Shown: in pieces, positions 61,528 to 64,000 of the stretch
Layout: each line of letters starts with the position of its first letter
How positions within the stretch are numbered: the first letter of the stretch is position 1
NCBI GenBank assembly: GCA_040751755.1
Contig: JBFMHC010000015.1
Span: 19,054-83,053 of the forward strand
From: Pseudomonadota bacterium
Lineage (GTDB): Bacteria; Pseudomonadota; Gammaproteobacteria; Burkholderiales; Thiobacillaceae
Length of the DNA stretch: 64,000 nucleotides
Reading direction: 5' to 3'
Made by a program: the position numbers and the translations under genes
The notes under the pieces: model-generated
Told to the model about the DNA's origin: nothing
The model's database searches: none
The model's input: only the letters and a program-made list of their open reading frames with translations

Positions 61528-61563
61528 AGGCAGCCATCTCAACCGACCCGACAAGGCCTCCCC

Positions 61564-62940
61564 ATGCCCACGCGCCAGCCGACCCCCGACGCCCTGCGCC
61601 AGAACGCCCAAGCCATGCTGGAACGGGAGCGCCAGCGCTACCGCGAACTGCACCCCGCCTCGGCGCGGCTCGCGGAACAATCGAGCCGCCACTTCCTCTA
61701 CGGCGTCCCCCTGCACTGGATGAACGACTGGGGCACGCCGACGCCACTGTTCGTGCGCGAGGCGCGGGGCGCGCGCTTCACCTGCGTGGACGGCCTCGAC
61801 TACGCGGACTTCTGCCTCGGCGACACCGGCGCCATGTTCGGCCACGGCCCCGAACCGGTGGCGCGCGCCCTGGAACGCCAGGCGCGGCGCGGCTTCACCG
61901 CCATGCTGCCGGGCGAGCTGACGCCCGATGCCGGCGCCGCCCTGGCCGAGCACTTCGGCCTGCCCTGCTGGCAGCTCGCCGCCACCGCCACCGACGCCAA
62001 CCGCTTCGTGCTGCGCTGGGCGCGCGCGGTGACGGGCCGGCGCAAGCTCCTGGTGTTCGACGGCTGCTACCACGGCACCGTCGACGACACCCTGGTGGAC
62101 GTGGTGGACGGCCACACCGTCAGCCGCGCCAGCCTGCTCGGCCAGGTCGCCGACCTGGGCCTGTCCACCGTGGCCGTGCCCTTCAACGACCTGGCTGCCG
62201 TGGAACATGAGCTGGCCACCGGCGAGGTCGCCTGCCTGCTCACCGAACCCGCGCTCACCAACTGCGGCATGGTGCCGGCACAACCCGGCTTCATCGAGGG
62301 CCTGCACGAGCTGACGCGCCGCCACGGCACCCTGCTGGCGCTGGACGAGACCCACACGATCTCCAGCGGACGCGGCGGCTGGGCGCGGCAGAACGGCGTC
62401 GAGCCGGACTTCCTCGTGGTCGGCAAGCCCATCGCCGGTGGCCTGCCCGCCGCCGCCTACGGCTTCGGCGCCGACCTCGCGGCGCGCATGCAGGCCGCCA
62501 AGGACGCCGCGCCGCCAGGCCACTCCGGCATCGGCACCACCCTGTCCGGCAACCTGCTGACCCTGGCGACCCTGCACGCCACCCTCACCGAGGTCGCCAC
62601 GGAGGCGGCCTACGCGCACATGCTGGCGCTCGCCGCGAAGCTGGAGGATGGCCTCGACGCCGCACTGCGCCGGCACGGCCTGCCCTGGTGCGTCACCCGC
62701 CTCGGCGCGCGTCTGGAACTGCAGTTCTGCGCCACCGCCCCGCGCAACGCCGAGGAAGCCCGCGCCGCCCAGGACGACACCCTGGAAGGCGCGATCCACC
62801 TCCACCTGCTCAACCGCGGCGTGCTGCTCACGCCCTTCCACAACATGATGCTGGTGTGCCCGGCGACCACGCAGGCGGAGGTGGAAAGGCTTCTGGGGGT
62901 GTTCGCGGAGTGTCTGGAAGCGCTCGCCCCGTCTGCCTGA
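61564..62940 (+). CDS. class-III aminotransferase (glutamate-1-semialdehyde aminomutase-like), substrate unknown
   Basis: The preferred ATG is at 61564 (the track ORF starts at TTG 61492). DFCLGDTGAMFGHG, ALDETHT, and the PLP Lys in LVVGKPIAGGLP. Confidence 0.75.
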   Translation: MPTRQPTPDALRQNAQAMLERERQRYRELHPASARLAEQSSRHFLYGVPLHWMNDWGTPTPLFVREARGARFTCVDGLDYADFCLGDTGAMFGHGPEPVARALERQARRGFTAMLPGELTPDAGAALAEHFGLPCWQLAATATDANRFVLRWARAVTGRRKLLVFDGCYHGTVDDTLVDVVDGHTVSRASLLGQVADLGLSTVAVPFNDLAAVEHELATGEVACLLTEPALTNCGMVPAQPGFIEGLHELTRRHGTLLALDETHTISSGRGGWARQNGVEPDFLVVGKPIAGGLPAAAYGFGADLAARMQAAKDAAPPGHSGIGTTLSGNLLTLATLHATLTEVATEAAYAHMLALAAKLEDGLDAALRRHGLPWCVTRLGARLELQFCATAPRNAEEARAAQDDTLEGAIHLHLLNRGVLLTPFHNMMLVCPATTQAEVERLLGVFAECLEALAPSA

Positions 62941-63204
62941 GGGCATGAGGCAGGGCCACCGTTGCCACATCCCCCGCGGCGGCGTGGCCACGGAAAGCGA
63001 CATACATGGCCGAAGGTGGCGCCGGCGAATCCGCAACACTGGGCCCACCCTCCACGTCATTACACCCTAGTAGTTTCCAACTACCCGCCCGGATGAGGCA
63101 GACTGCATGACCATAAGCAACGCAGGGTCGGCATGCGGGATCGCCAACCTTGCAGAGAATGACCGCTTGGGCCGCCGCGAGGCTCATCGTGATGGGTAGG
63201 TCGA

Positions 63205-64000
63205 ATGACACTCGAAAAGAAGTTGTTGCTGACCCTCGGGGTCGTTATGGGGCTGGGGCTGCTCGTCTTCCAGTACGGGATGTATGGCTACGCCCAACGG
63301 CAGGTCGAACAGGAACTGCTGAATTCCGCGGAGCACGTCCGCAACACCCTGATGGCGACACGGCGGGTCTACCAACACCAGTTCATCGACAGCGGCCTGC
63401 CGCTTACCGACAAGACGCTGGGCTTCCTGCCCGCGCACGCCATGCACAAGATTTCCAGGGATTTCACGAACTGGGACAAATCCGGGTTCAGCTTCAACAA
63501 TGTGTCGGACCATCCGCGAAACCCCGCCAACCAGGCGGATGCGATCGAGCTGGAGGCAATGGCGGATTTCCGCGCCCATCCCAAGCATGAACGCCGCTTT
63601 GTCAGCTACACCACGCCGGAAGGCCAGAATTACTACCACTATGCCCGCCCGATCTGGGTGGAGCCGTACTGCCTGACCTGCCATGGCGCCAAGGCCACGG
63701 CGCCCGAGACGATCAGGGCGAGATACGACACGGCCTTCGAGTACAAGGTGGGCGACCTGCGCGGCATCCTGAGCATCAAGATCCCCGCGCACACGCTGGA
63801 AAGACAGGTGCTCCAGATGTTCCTCGCGCAGCTGGCCTGGACCGTCGCCCTGCTCGCATTCCTCGGCATCGGCATCGTCTGGGTCGTCAAACGTCACGTC
63901 ATCGCGCCACTCGGCCTGCTGAACAAGGCGATCGACATGTTGGCCGCGGGGGGCATGGAGCGTCCCGTCCCCAGCCTGCCGGGGGAGTTCGACAAGATCG
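63205..64000 (+). CDS. signal-transduction protein, N-terminal part: TM + DUF3365 (c-type-heme CxxCH) sensor + TM + HAMP (3' end outside window)
   Basis: Absent from the ORF track because it has no stop. The ATG at 63205 follows an in-frame TGA at 63190-63192, and the frame stays open to 64000. The sequence is MTLEKKLLLTLGVVMGLGLLVF...YYHYARPIWVEPYCLTCHG...LRGILSIKIP...(TM)...VKRHVIAPLGLLNKAIDMLAAG. Confidence 0.7.
   Translation, partial: MTLEKKLLLTLGVVMGLGLLVFQYGMYGYAQRQVEQELLNSAEHVRNTLMATRRVYQHQFIDSGLPLTDKTLGFLPAHAMHKISRDFTNWDKSGFSFNNVSDHPRNPANQADAIELEAMADFRAHPKHERRFVSYTTPEGQNYYHYARPIWVEPYCLTCHGAKATAPETIRARYDTAFEYKVGDLRGILSIKIPAHTLERQVLQMFLAQLAWTVALLAFLGIGIVWVVKRHVIAPLGLLNKAIDMLAAGGMERPVPSLPGEFDKI

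Noticed and set aside
63184-63897. A 237-aa minus-strand ORF at the right end of the window.
   Set aside because: It lies antisense to the DUF3365-HAMP sensor ORF, which has clear TM, CxxCH and HAMP features. The minus-strand translation has no recognisable motifs.

Overview
This is a high-GC (about 65-70% by eye), gene-dense chromosomal segment that looks like a beta-/gamma-proteobacterium; DUF3138, DUF2863 and CNP1 family members suggest Betaproteobacteria. I found no rRNA, CRISPR array, transposase, integrase or recognisable phage or defence module. I could not identify an obvious, self-contained undescribed system.

Content from left to right:
- 1-4400: a vitamin B12 uptake unit. btuF is convergent with btuB-btuC-btuD, which sit behind a cobalamin riboswitch.
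- 4400-7570: a CNP1-like lipoprotein, followed by a conserved but functionally undefined redox trio (rubredoxin-less rubrerythrin, HdrD/GlpC-like Fe-S protein, DUF3501).
- 7586-9123: a DedA protein and a secreted propeller-like protein.
- 9144-22116: the ancestral queA-tgt-yajC-secD-secF block. The genes are still in order on the minus strand, but two insertions split it into three pieces. One carries a histidine kinase, FixJ-type regulator, MarR, TM-helix protein and CPA2 antiporter. The other carries DUF192 and an RhlE-like helicase.
- 22173-35576: housekeeping genes (tRNA-Leu, EI24-like, acpS, nagZ, CDF transporter, DUF2863, UDG, 4-OT, uvrC, pgsA, tRNA-Gly, tRNA-Cys, groESL, argS, SPOR protein, dsbA, tRNA-Leu).
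- 35604-62940: a polyamine / omega-amino-acid catabolic supercluster of about 27 kb. It holds the beta-alanine transaminase with mmsA, gabD, a puuC-like gene, gabT, a GS-like gene, a DUF3138 porin candidate, potFGHI, spuC, puuA, puuD, a MocR regulator, a GGDEF protein, puuB, speB and a further transaminase.
- 63205 to the window end: a truncated heme-c (DUF3365)-HAMP sensor gene that the ORF track does not list.

The most interesting observations:
- A GC-hairpin + GGGTGAGGG repeat family is inserted in frame inside two housekeeping genes (tgt and the UDG gene), with a third intergenic copy.
- The DsbA homologue has active site CPHY instead of CPHC, and that Cys is its only cysteine.
- A low-GC islet (GNAT, small Cys/His ORF, SMR exporter) is grafted onto the 3' end of the gabD operon.
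- The rubrerythrin/HdrD-like/DUF3501 module has two strong palindromes in its control region.

Most long ORFs in the track are antisense or alternate-frame artefacts of the high GC content.
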